Shown here: positions 16,678 through 24,362 of the stretch, piece after piece
Layout: each line of letters starts with the position of its first letter
How positions within the stretch are numbered: the stretch's first letter is position 1
Origin: a virus
Taxonomy: Duplodnaviria; Caudoviricetes
Length of the DNA: 24,564 nt
Virus record (IMG/VR): IMGVR_UViG_3300011439_000390
Coordinates: 1 to 24,564 of that record
Reading direction: 5' to 3' (one strand)
Translations under genes and position numbers: made by a program
The notes under the pieces: model-generated
What the model was told of the DNA's origin: nothing
What the model saw: the letters and a program-made list of their open reading frames with translations, nothing else
Databases searched by the model: none

Positions 16678-17127
16678 TCATCGCGGGCGCACCCGTTCGG
16701 CGGCAATCGCCGCCCGTTCGTTCTCGGCCGTGCAGGCCTCACCCATCACCAGCGGCCGAAACCAGACGACGCGCCCCTCGCCGCACGGCATCCACGGCGG
16801 CTGCTCCACGTCGCGCGGCGCCGCGAAGACGTGGGGCGGCGGCACACCGGTCAAGGAATCCGCCGGCTGATGCGGCGGGGTGGGCCAGTCCGTGGTGAAC
16901 AGCCAGGCGACCACCGCCAGGGCGATCACGATCGGGGCGAGGAACAGTCGGAACGCCGTCCGGTGGCGCCGGAGGCCGCGGGATACAGGGACGTCAGTGC
17001 CCCCGTTCTTGTGAGAGCCACTAGCTGTCGTGCCCCCGCCGATCGCCGTAAGTGATTGGTGCGGAAGCGGGGACTCGAACCCCGATGACCTTGCGGCCAC
17101 TAGCTCCTGAGTACGTTGCGATGTCAT
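16678..17127 (-). CDS. Single-pass membrane protein whose 5' end spans attP
   Basis: ATG overlaps the integrase TGA, with AAGGAG 7 nt upstream; basic patch then TM 'FRLFLAPIVIALAVVAWLF'; very high GC3 in the 3' two-thirds. Start uncertain. Confidence 0.6.
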   Translation of the reverse strand: MTSQRTQELVAARSSGFESPLPHQSLTAIGGGTTASGSHKNGGTDVPVSRGLRRHRTAFRLFLAPIVIALAVVAWLFTTDWPTPPHQPADSLTGVPPPHVFAAPRDVEQPPWMPCGEGRVVWFRPLVMGEACTAENERAAIAAERVRPR

Positions 17128-17251
17128 CTTCTAACTCCTTGAGTGGTTTGCGGTTTAGGCGTGAACGGGCGGCCCGTGGCCCGTCGCGGACGCCGCGTGA
17201 GGCCGCTGATTTCTGGCGCATTCTGACTGCTTCCTGATCGGGGTGCCCCCG
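16997..17251. repeat. Putative integrase arm-type sites GTGCCCCCG x3
   Basis: Direct copies at 16997-17005, 17030-17038 and 17243-17251 flank the att core. Confidence 0.6.
17057..17111 (-). other. attP core: 3' half of tRNA-Leu(CAG)
   Basis: Minus strand reads CTCAGGA (anticodon loop), GCTAG, a long variable arm, a GGTTCGAGTCC T-arm and CTTCCGCACCA. The 5' half is absent (ACGTA where CTAGC is needed). It sits next to the integrase 3' end. Confidence 0.9.
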
Positions 17252-18428
17252 CGTGGCTCCGACTGGCGCGCGTGTCCGCTCGCGTCACGATCGACGCAAT
17301 CGGGAGCGCGGCCGAGAGCTGCTCGAGCGGGGCGCGTTGCTCCTCGACGAGCAGGTGCGTGTAGCCTTCCGTCGTCGAGAGATCCTGATGCCCGAGCACG
17401 TCGCGCTGCAGCCACGGGCTCACGTTGAGTCGCGCGAGGATCGTCGCCGCCGTATGCCGCAACGTGTGGAAGGTGACGCCGCCCGGCAATCGACGCCCGT
17501 ACGGAATCTGCGCGGCCTTCGCGGCGGCCCGGATCCCGCTCCGGATGGACGCGACCGGGGCCCCACGATACGTGACGACATGGCGCGCCCATCGATGCCG
17601 CGCGCGCGCGTCCTGGAGAATCGTGCGCAGCTGCGCGCTCACCGGAATCACGAGCGGCGCCTCGGTGCGGCCTACGCTCTTGTGTGCCCAGACCGTGATC
17701 GTCGTCAGCTCCCGATCGAGGTGCGTCGCCCACTCGAGATCGAGCACGTTGCGGAGGCGGAGCTTCGGGGCGAGCGCGGCGATCGCCACGGCGAGACGCG
17801 CATGATAGGACATCTGCTCCAGCCACGCGAGCACGAGCGCTGGGGTGAGGGCCACTTTTCGAATGACGCGCGGATCGCGCGGGCGGCCTTCGAACGGGTT
17901 CATCGTCAGGCCGCCGGAGAGGTGCCGGTACTCCGCGAGGAGCGCCACCATGTACAGCTGCCGCATCGTCGTTTTGTAGTGATTGCGCGTGCCGCCGGCG
18001 ATGCCGCGGCGATCCATCCATTCTTCGAACGCCAGGATCCAGCTCGGCTCGTCGATCGGGTCCTGCAGCGTCAGATCGTGAAAGGGGCACTCCTCCCCGG
18101 CCGGCACCTTCGCGGGGTCCGCGGGTCGCGCGCCCCAGAACCGGAGCACCACACGCAGTAGCTCGTCGATCTTCTCGGGCCGACGCACGGCGGGCCGTCG
18201 GCGTGTCGTGACCCATGCGAAATACACACCCGCCCAGGCCGTGAAGCTCGGCGCCGGGCCGGGAGGCGCGAACCCGGCGCGACGCTCGCGTAACCTGAGC
18301 TTCTCTTTGGCCTCATAGAGCTTCGCGCGCTGCAGGTCTTCGAAGTCGGTGTTGCCGCGATAGAGCTTGCCGCGGTACCGGAACTTGTAGCGGTACGTCC
18401 GCTGCCGTTTGCCTCGGTAGACGCTCAT
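17124..18428 (-). CDS. int: Tyrosine integrase
   Basis: N-terminal arm-binding-like 'MSVYRGK...YRYKFRYRGKLYRG'; catalytic R (LRLRNV), K (HKS), HxxR (FHTLRH), LGH and Y (TTEGY); adjacent to a tRNA-derived attP. Confidence 0.93.
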   Translation of the reverse strand: MSVYRGKRQRTYRYKFRYRGKLYRGNTDFEDLQRAKLYEAKEKLRLRERRAGFAPPGPAPSFTAWAGVYFAWVTTRRRPAVRRPEKIDELLRVVLRFWGARPADPAKVPAGEECPFHDLTLQDPIDEPSWILAFEEWMDRRGIAGGTRNHYKTTMRQLYMVALLAEYRHLSGGLTMNPFEGRPRDPRVIRKVALTPALVLAWLEQMSYHARLAVAIAALAPKLRLRNVLDLEWATHLDRELTTITVWAHKSVGRTEAPLVIPVSAQLRTILQDARARHRWARHVVTYRGAPVASIRSGIRAAAKAAQIPYGRRLPGGVTFHTLRHTAATILARLNVSPWLQRDVLGHQDLSTTEGYTHLLVEEQRAPLEQLSAALPIASIVTRADTRASRSHAGAPRSGSSQNAPEISGLTRRPRRATGRPFTPKPQTTQGVRR

Positions 18429-18488
18429 GCGATCATGGCGGCGTGCGACAAGCAGACCTGAAGCCAGGCGCCGTCATTAAGGCCGGTT

Positions 18489-18674
18489 GTGCTGACCACT
18501 GGGTCCTATTCCAATTACTCCGTGATCGGCGTGTTTCAAGCGACGGAGGACGCGGTCATTCCTCTGCTGGGCCCACGCTGGGCGGGGGATACAAAAACAC
18601 ACCTCGCTGACATAGCTAAACTCTCCACCATGCTGAAAGAGGTGGAATGTATCGAGGTGTGGGGAGACTGGTAG
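18489..18674 (+). CDS. Small hypothetical phage protein or fragment
   Basis: 61 aa starting 'LTTGSYSNYSVIGVF'; lower GC, opposite orientation to its neighbours, no clear RBS. Confidence 0.4.
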   Translation: MLTTGSYSNYSVIGVFQATEDAVIPLLGPRWAGDTKTHLADIAKLSTMLKEVECIEVWGDW

Positions 18675-18723
18675 CCCACGCATCACGCCCCAGCGGTAGA
18701 CGCTCACGACACCCCCGATCGAA

Positions 18724-19041
18724 TTAGACGCGGGCCGCGTCGGCGGTGCGCGCCTGAGCCTTGCGTCGGAACATGCAGGCACCGATCACGCACGCGACCG
18801 CCGTGACAATGAGCCATCCTCCAAGGCTTGGAAGAACCGCGTCGAGCAATTCTGCTCCCAGGACTTCGGCCTCAGTGGCGGGCGGTGGAGTCGTCGCGAC
18901 AGCCATGCTGAGAAAAAAGAACCCGAGAAACAATGCCAGCACGGCCCCGCCGAAATACACGCCTCGATAGCCGAGTCCCTTGACGGCCGCGAGCGGCGCG
19001 AGGATAAGTGAGGCAACGCACGCCAGTAGAGTGAGCATCAC
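18724..19041 (-). CDS. Small multi-pass membrane protein (superinfection-exclusion candidate)
   Basis: RBS GGAGGT; three hydrophobic segments; downstream of the repressor in the lysogeny direction. Confidence 0.7.
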   Translation of the reverse strand: MMLTLLACVASLILAPLAAVKGLGYRGVYFGGAVLALFLGFFFLSMAVATTPPPATEAEVLGAELLDAVLPSLGGWLIVTAVACVIGACMFRRKAQARTADAARV

Positions 19042-19277
19042 GACACCTCCGCGAGCAACAACAGCACCAACGAGACCTCCGCGAGGAGATCGTCAACTAG
19101 CTTTTCCAGTAGATCGGCCGCGACCGGGCGCAGCGCCTGGAGCCGTGCGGCCTTCTTCGCCAGCGATGGCAATCTTGTAGAGTCTGCGCGCAACATCTTG
19201 CACTTCACTGAATCGAGCCCTGAGAGCGGTGAGCTCGGATTCGACTTCTGCGAGACGACGAGCCGAAGCTGGGACAT
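19038..19277 (-). CDS. 79-aa ORF overlapping the repressor 3' end in another frame
   Basis: RBS AAGGAGGT before ATG; MSQLRLVVS...ADLLEKLVDDLLAEV; its stop overlaps the next start. Confidence 0.5.
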   Translation of the reverse strand: MSQLRLVVSQKSNPSSPLSGLDSVKCKMLRADSTRLPSLAKKAARLQALRPVAADLLEKLVDDLLAEVSLVLLLLAEVS

Positions 19278-19602
19278 CGGCACCTCCTTCGTGAGATCCG
19301 GAGGTTTGATCTGCCGCGTGACGCACGAGGTCACGCCCGTTCGGCATTTGAATCGCGAGAAAGAGCCGCGACACGATGTCGTGCGGAGGCACGTTGAAGA
19401 CCTCGGCATACGCGTAAAGCACTGGCCAGGACGGAATTTGGCCCTTCTCCCATTTTTTAATCGAAGACCGATTCACTTTCAGTCCGACGTCCTTCACGTG
19501 GTCGCGCAGCCTCCGAGCCATCGTTTCCAGCGACCACTTCCCTCGCCGCAACTCCAACCATTTCCCAAATTTATGGGCTGTTAGTTGCGGGGATGGCGGC
19601 AC
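19093..19602 (-). CDS. CI-like XRE helix-turn-helix repressor
   Basis: 'FGKWLELRRGKWSLETMARRL...NRSSIKKWEKGQIPSWPVLYAYAEVFNV' is an XRE HTH, divergent from the cro-like gene; start inferred at GTG 19602. Confidence 0.82.
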   Translation of the reverse strand: MPPSPQLTAHKFGKWLELRRGKWSLETMARRLRDHVKDVGLKVNRSSIKKWEKGQIPSWPVLYAYAEVFNVPPHDIVSRLFLAIQMPNGRDLVRHAADQTSGSHEGGADVPASARRLAEVESELTALRARFSEVQDVARRLYKIAIAGEEGRTAPGAAPGRGRSTGKAS

Positions 19603-19605
19603 CGG

Positions 19606-19710
19606 TGTGCCTACGATAGCGCCGCAATCCGAGGTTGGTGATTCTACGTTAATAAATGTGTTGACACAACGGGCACGGCGAGCGTAGGCTCTGTGCCCAT
19701 CGTGGGCACA
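19606..19710. promoter_or_regulatory. Divergent promoters and operators of the lysis-lysogeny switch
   Basis: Plus strand: TTGACA (19661-66)-18-TAGGCT (19685-90). Minus strand: TTGTGT (19669-64)-17-TAGAAT (19646-41). Palindrome TGTGCCCA-TCG-TGGGCACA at 19692-19710 and a related site TGTGCCTACGATAG at 19606-19619. Confidence 0.7.
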
Positions 19711-19938
19711 CATAAGATTCGGGTCGGTTACGACCTCGCGCGCTACGTCAGCGACATGGCTATGAGGGGGTGGCTCAACACCGATCTGGCTCGTGCCGCC
19801 GGCGTGTCGAGTATGACGGTGACTCGATTCATGCGCGGCGAAAGCCAAACCGCTCGGACCGCTGAGAAGCTCGCCCGCGCCCTCGGCTACAGCGTGCGGC
19901 GGTACGTCATTCCCGCCGCGGAGGCGGTGAGCGCATGA
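19702..19938 (+). CDS. Cro-like HTH regulator
   Basis: 'NTDLARAAGVSSMTVTRFMRGE...TAEKLARALG' HTH; first gene of the rightward operon (alternative GTG at 19693). Confidence 0.85.
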   Translation: MGTHKIRVGYDLARYVSDMAMRGWLNTDLARAAGVSSMTVTRFMRGESQTARTAEKLARALGYSVRRYVIPAAEAVSA

Positions 19939-20387
19939 AGCCACGCGCCGACTCTACCGATCGCTCCCTGTCGCGGCTACCCGAGAGAGCGGGCTCGCCT
20001 CTCAAGGCGCAGATCCGACAAGCGGGTGTATCGCGATCTGGGCTCTCGCCGAGCGATGTCCGCAAAGCGGATCCCGTGCTCGACCTCGATGTCCTGAAAG
20101 CGGACGAGCGGTCAGCGCGTCGCGCGGTGCTCGCGGCGGTGCTCTATGACGCGTTCCTCATCATGCGCGTCACGCGGCTGAAGCAGCAGGCGGCCTTCCT
20201 GCAGCGCGATCCTCGGACGCTCCGCCGCTGGTTCGATGGCCTGGAACCGATCCCCTGGGAAGAACTGCTCACGATCCGCGCGCTGCAATTCCCGCTCGCG
20301 CAAGCGCTGCTCGAATCCTGTCAGGCCGACGTCGTCGAGATCACCACGTCGATTCGTCGGCGTGAGCCGCAGAAGGTGGCGTCGTGA
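19935..20387 (+). CDS. Putative DNA-binding protein in the CII position
   Basis: ATGA overlap; HTH-like 'QQAAFLQRDPRTLRRWFDG'. Confidence 0.65.
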   Translation: MKPRADSTDRSLSRLPERAGSPLKAQIRQAGVSRSGLSPSDVRKADPVLDLDVLKADERSARRAVLAAVLYDAFLIMRVTRLKQQAAFLQRDPRTLRRWFDGLEPIPWEELLTIRALQFPLAQALLESCQADVVEITTSIRRREPQKVAS

Positions 20388-20968
20388 CGCGCAAGGCTAC
20401 AGCGAACATCAAGCCAGCCCGCGGCGCGCGGACCAAGACACACCGCGCGCTGTTGGTAACCACCATTGCCATTGCCTGCGTCTCGGTCTTACTAGCTATT
20501 CAAGGCCTCCGCAATTGGGCAGACGCACCGCCGCCGCAGGGGTCCACTCTCGCGCCCGGTGAAACCGCCGGGTTCTCGATCACGTGTGGCGGGCCACTAA
20601 CGTCCGTCACCGTCACGTCCGGACATCCGCGCGTCGACGAAGCGTGGACGACCGTCGCCGCCTACTACCCGCAAGAAGCCGCTCGCGTGACGGCCATCCG
20701 TGTCGAGACGCCTGCGCCCTTTGGAGGCGTGGCCGGGTGGGTCGACGAGAACGCCCCGACCGTGATTCACGTCTCCGACCTGCACGCGCGGTACGCCGCG
20801 ATGTCCGAGCTCGAAGCGACGCTCGCGCACGAACTGATGCACGTCACGCAGAGCTTCGACCAACAGCAGGCCGACCAGCCCGCGCGTCAACGCGAGGCCG
20901 AGACGCGCGAGGAGTTGTTCAAGTTGAAACGCGCGACCGATCAGTCGCGGCCGGCTGGGTGGCAGTGA
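20384..20968 (+). CDS. Membrane-anchored zinc metallopeptidase (HExxH)
   Basis: N-terminal TM 'LLVTTIAIACVSVLLAI'; 'TLAHELMHVTQ' with a downstream 'REAE'. Confidence 0.75.
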   Translation: MTRKATANIKPARGARTKTHRALLVTTIAIACVSVLLAIQGLRNWADAPPPQGSTLAPGETAGFSITCGGPLTSVTVTSGHPRVDEAWTTVAAYYPQEAARVTAIRVETPAPFGGVAGWVDENAPTVIHVSDLHARYAAMSELEATLAHELMHVTQSFDQQQADQPARQREAETREELFKLKRATDQSRPAGWQ

Positions 20969-21252
20969 TGACCATGACGCCACTCCTCACCGTGCCTGAG
21001 GCGGCGCTCCGGCTCTCGATCACCGCGGACACGGTCTATGCGCTCGTGCGTGAGCAGAAGCTGGCGTGCGTCCGGCTCGGATCGGGCGTGCGGCCGCGCC
21101 TGCGCTTCACGGTCGAGGACATCGATGCGTACATCGCGCGCCAGCGCACCGGCGTGCGTGACGGCCTCGTCGCGCCACCGGCGTCGACTGACGGCGTGCC
21201 GACGCCGCGCCGCTCGCTCGCGGATCTCCCGGAGGCGAGCCGCTATGCGTGA
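20968..21252 (+). CDS. Excisionase-like HTH protein
   Basis: 'LLTVPEAALRLSITADTVYALVREQKLACVRLG...LRFTVEDIDAYI' is a typical excisionase/HTH_17 pattern; TGATG coupling. Confidence 0.85.
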   Translation: MTMTPLLTVPEAALRLSITADTVYALVREQKLACVRLGSGVRPRLRFTVEDIDAYIARQRTGVRDGLVAPPASTDGVPTPRRSLADLPEASRYA

Positions 21253-21412
21253 ACTACTGGCGCTGGCGATTGATAACTGGCGACGACGCCGCGCGGAGCG
21301 TCGCGAGGATCCGCCACTACTGCCGGGGCTCTGCGGGGAGTTGTTAATTCAGCGCATCCATGAGCGCTGGCAGGTCGTGCCGCCGCCACCGTGGCGACGG
21401 TTGTTCGACTGA
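21245..21412 (+). CDS. Small hypothetical protein
   Basis: RBS GGAGG; 55 aa. Confidence 0.5.
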   Translation: MRELLALAIDNWRRRRAERREDPPLLPGLCGELLIQRIHERWQVVPPPPWRRLFD

Positions 21413-21427
21413 GGGGGGGGGGATGCG

Positions 21428-22048
21428 ATGTGGATAGACCTGCTTCCGACGATGGTGGGCGGCTTCCTCGTCGATGACGATGCCCCGCATCAACCGACCG
21501 AAATCGTCGGCTACGAACTGGACGACGAGTGGGTGTCGATCAAGGGGAAAGCGTTCACCTTCAGGAGCAAGCGCGAGTACATCGGCGTCACGGGCCAGAG
21601 CGTGCCGGGCGTGATTCGCCTGCGGACGACCTTCGGGAATGGCGCGACAGTGACGCTGCCGACCGACTCCGCGCCATCGGTGGCGCACGGGAAAGACCCC
21701 TTTCGCGGGAGCAAGACGTTCTCCGACGACGAACGGCAGGCGTGGGAGACGCGCGGCGGCAGGCCGGGCAGCGGGCGCGCAAGGAGCAACGACGTGAGCG
21801 TAGCAGTTTCACGACCGTCCAACAACACCACACGCGTTCCGGCCGACGCGGATCAGATGCGCCTCCCCGCGGGCGTCGGTCCCGCCAACACCCGCTGTGA
21901 GCAGTGCGCGCACCTGCGAGCCACGGCCACGCAGCCGCGGCCGCAGTCGCATTCGCTCACGCTGACGACGTTTCACTGTGTCGCCTCCAGTAGTGCGGCG
22001 CCGTGGTCCGTGCGGTACGACACGTGCGGCCTGTTCAAGCGGGCGTGA
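21428..22048 (+). CDS. Hypothetical protein with a C-terminal Cys-rich domain (possibly two genes)
   Basis: 206 aa; internal AAGGAG plus in-frame GTG at 21794; C-terminal CEQCAH...C...C. Confidence 0.6.
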   Translation: MWIDLLPTMVGGFLVDDDAPHQPTEIVGYELDDEWVSIKGKAFTFRSKREYIGVTGQSVPGVIRLRTTFGNGATVTLPTDSAPSVAHGKDPFRGSKTFSDDERQAWETRGGRPGSGRARSNDVSVAVSRPSNNTTRVPADADQMRLPAGVGPANTRCEQCAHLRATATQPRPQSHSLTLTTFHCVASSSAAPWSVRYDTCGLFKRA

Positions 22049-22051
22049 GTG

Positions 22052-22255
22052 ATGAGCGCCACCTTCATCCACGTCGACCCGCGCGCGTATGACCTCGCCG
22101 CGACCTTTGTGGAGGACCTGCTGCAGGAACTCGACCCCGACGGCGAGCGGGAGTTCGAGTACGACCGGCTCGTGCGCCGCGCCGCGGAAGCGATTCAGCA
22201 AGCGATCGAGGACGAATGCACGGCCATCCGGCAGGAGCTGGAGCAGGGGCGATGA
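22052..22255 (+). CDS. Small acidic helical protein
   Basis: 67 aa, 'VDPRAYDLAATFVED...AEAIQQAIED'; high GC3. Confidence 0.7.
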   Translation: MSATFIHVDPRAYDLAATFVEDLLQELDPDGEREFEYDRLVRRAAEAIQQAIEDECTAIRQELEQGR

Positions 22256-22498
22256 CGCCGCCGGTTGATCTCGCGCTGGACACCGCCCGCGACGTCCTTC
22301 GACGGGACGATCTGCGAATGCGGGCACACGGAAAGCGCTCACGTCTTCGCAGCCGACGACTCCGGGCCGGATGAGTGTCACGGCGAAGCGAGCACCGCGT
22401 GCGACGCGACGTGCCAGGCGTTTCGGCCGGTCGCCTTCACAGTGGAGCGCGCGCCAGGGCCGCGGCTCGCGCCAGGCACGCCCGATCCGAGGGACTAG
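22252..22498 (+). CDS. Zn-binding protein (CxCGH...H...C), probable frameshift near the start
   Basis: Coding frame from 22265 contains CECGHTESAH...CH...C...CQAF; the coupled ATG at 22252 is out of frame by one base. Confidence 0.6.
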
Positions 22499-22500
22499 CC

Positions 22501-22968
22501 ATGCTCGACACCATCAGCACCTTCCTCTTCGTCGTCATCGTCCTCGCGCTCGCCACCCTGCTCTACGTCGTCGTGCGCTGGCTCGATCAGTGGCGGCGGT
22601 ACGTCCTCGTGCGCCGCGAGAAGCGCCGCGCGGAACGGCTCGCCGTCGTGCGGCGGCTACACGTCGTCGTGTGTGCAGATCAAGATTGGGGTCCCGGCTG
22701 TCAGAGCGATGCTCTTGCTCCGGTCGCGATGGCGCCTAGTGACCGGCAACCACCAGCGCGCCGGGACTCCAATGTCGATCCGTGGCTCGCGAACGAGTCG
22801 TCGCTCGCGGACGACCTCGCGAGCCCCCTGACAACTGATGGCGGAGGGCGAGTGGCGCGGCCGCGCGACCTGCGGGCTCATACCCCACAGTCCCTCCACG
22901 GCACTCACGTTCGACCCGTGACCTCCGCTCCACTCCGCTCCACATATGGCCACCGGATGACGTCATGA
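22501..22968 (+). CDS. Membrane protein with a low-complexity tail
   Basis: ATG 22501 after GAGGGA; TM 'FLFVVIVLALATLLYVVV' followed by a basic patch. Confidence 0.6.
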   Translation: MLDTISTFLFVVIVLALATLLYVVVRWLDQWRRYVLVRREKRRAERLAVVRRLHVVVCADQDWGPGCQSDALAPVAMAPSDRQPPARRDSNVDPWLANESSLADDLASPLTTDGGGRVARPRDLRAHTPQSLHGTHVRPVTSAPLRSTYGHRMTS

Positions 22969-23048
22969 GCACGCCTGAAAACCGGCCTGATCTGACGCCA
23001 TCTACGGAAATGACGAAATCCGCAGATTCGAGGCAATGGCAATGGAAA

Positions 23049-23084
23049 ACGGACGGACGGACGGACGGACGGACGGACGGACGG
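23049..23084. repeat. Tetranucleotide microsatellite (ACGG)9
   Basis: Nine perfect units counted directly. Confidence 0.97.
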
Positions 23085-23094
23085 AGCACAAGCC

Positions 23095-23337
23095 ATGCCG
23101 CCCTGTAGTCATCCCGGGTGTGTCGCGGTCGCCGTCGCTGGACGGCTGTGCGCGGTGCACCGGAGCGGTCTCGGCGTGCCGTGTCCGGACTGCAAAGGGA
23201 CCGGCTGGTTCTCCCGCATTCGCGGCGTCGTCTGCGAGCCGTGCGGCGGCAGCGGCCTCGCCGAGCAACATCGCCGCGCCGCACCACCTGACCGCCAGGC
23301 CGTCGACGCGCGCCCACTCCTGAAAGCGAGTCAGTGA
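23095..23337 (+). CDS. Zinc-finger protein with DnaJ-type CxxCxGxG repeats
   Basis: CSHPGC...CAVH, CPDCKGTG and CEPCGGSG; RBS GGAG. Confidence 0.75.
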   Translation: MPPCSHPGCVAVAVAGRLCAVHRSGLGVPCPDCKGTGWFSRIRGVVCEPCGGSGLAEQHRRAAPPDRQAVDARPLLKASQ

Positions 23338-23673
23338 ATGGCATACCGCGTGATCCACCAGGGCGCCACTATTGAAGCCGATACGGTCGGCGACGTCCGC
23401 GAGCTCCTCGAGGGATTGAACGGCGGGCCGTCGTCGCCGCCGACGCGACGTCGAAAGACCCCGCGCTGGGCATCACCAGGCGCCCTTGACGGGCGGATCA
23501 TCGGCGCGCTCAAGGACGCCGGCGGCACCCTCACACCGCGCGAGCTCGCGACAGAAGCCAAGACGTCCAAATACGCGCTGCGCGTGGCGGTCAAGGACCT
23601 GGTCGCCAGAAAACTGGTGCGCGCGGAAGGCTCGACGGCCAATCGACGGTACGTGCTGACGAAGAGTCGGTGA
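23338..23673 (+). CDS. Winged-helix DNA-binding protein
   Basis: 'IIGALKDAGGTLTPRELATE...LRVAVKDLVARKLVRAEG...RRYVL'. Confidence 0.75.
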   Translation: MAYRVIHQGATIEADTVGDVRELLEGLNGGPSSPPTRRRKTPRWASPGALDGRIIGALKDAGGTLTPRELATEAKTSKYALRVAVKDLVARKLVRAEGSTANRRYVLTKSR

Positions 23674-24362
23674 TGACGCGCCACGGGCAAGCCGCCGGTC
23701 TCGACGCGCGCGAACAGCGCGCCTTTCTCGCGTGGGTCGAGACGACCGCGTATCCGCTGCGGAACGAGGTGATCGCGCGCCTCAGTTTCGAGTGTGCGCT
23801 TCGCGCGACTGAGATCGGGCGCGTCGAATGGTGGATGGCGTTCGACCCGACCTGGCGGCTACGGCCAAGGCTGCAGCTGCACGAGCGCGCCACGAAGGGC
23901 GGCTACGGCGCGCGGAAGCTGCTCATTGATCCGCTCGGCCTCGGCCTGGCGCTCGAGCGCCTGCGTGAAACGGCGAGGCCCGAACGTCAGGACCGGTTCA
24001 TCGTCGAGTTCCGCAAGTACTCACGAGACCCTGTTACTCGGTCGCACGCGGTACAGGCGTTCTTTCGCGAGGGCTACCGCGAAATCGGCTGCCTCGAGGC
24101 CTCGTCGCATAGCGGGCGGCGCACCGCCATCACGCGCATGGAGCGCGTCGCCGGCCTGCGCGCGGCCCAGGTGTTCGCCGGGCACCGGAACATCGCGACG
24201 ACCGCGCGGTATGTGGACCCGGACTACGCCGCGATCGACCAGGTCGTGCGTGAGCAATTGGTCATTCGCACGCCGCGGCTGATGCGGATGGCGAAGGCCA
24301 CACTTCCGGATCCGGAGGTACACCACCCGGCAAACCCCAAGCAAAAGCACCATGTCGCATAA
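23673..24362 (+). CDS. Second tyrosine recombinase (catalytic domain only)
   Basis: R (ALRATEI), K (TKGG), HxxR (SHSGRR), AGH and Y (TTARY); about 229 aa with no N-terminal arm or SAM-like domain. Confidence 0.88.
   Translation: MTRHGQAAGLDAREQRAFLAWVETTAYPLRNEVIARLSFECALRATEIGRVEWWMAFDPTWRLRPRLQLHERATKGGYGARKLLIDPLGLGLALERLRETARPERQDRFIVEFRKYSRDPVTRSHAVQAFFREGYREIGCLEASSHSGRRTAITRMERVAGLRAAQVFAGHRNIATTARYVDPDYAAIDQVVREQLVIRTPRLMRMAKATLPDPEVHHPANPKQKHHVA

Noticed and set aside
17057-17145. Complete tRNA-Leu gene
   Set aside because: The 5' anticodon stem, D-arm and 5' acceptor strand are missing, so it is called as the attP core.
19603-19944. 283-aa version of the repressor
   Set aside because: The extension overlaps the promoters and the cro-like gene; the HTH begins just after GTG 19602.
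23049-23084. CRISPR array
   Set aside because: It is a simple 4-bp tandem repeat with no spacers, and no cas genes are present.
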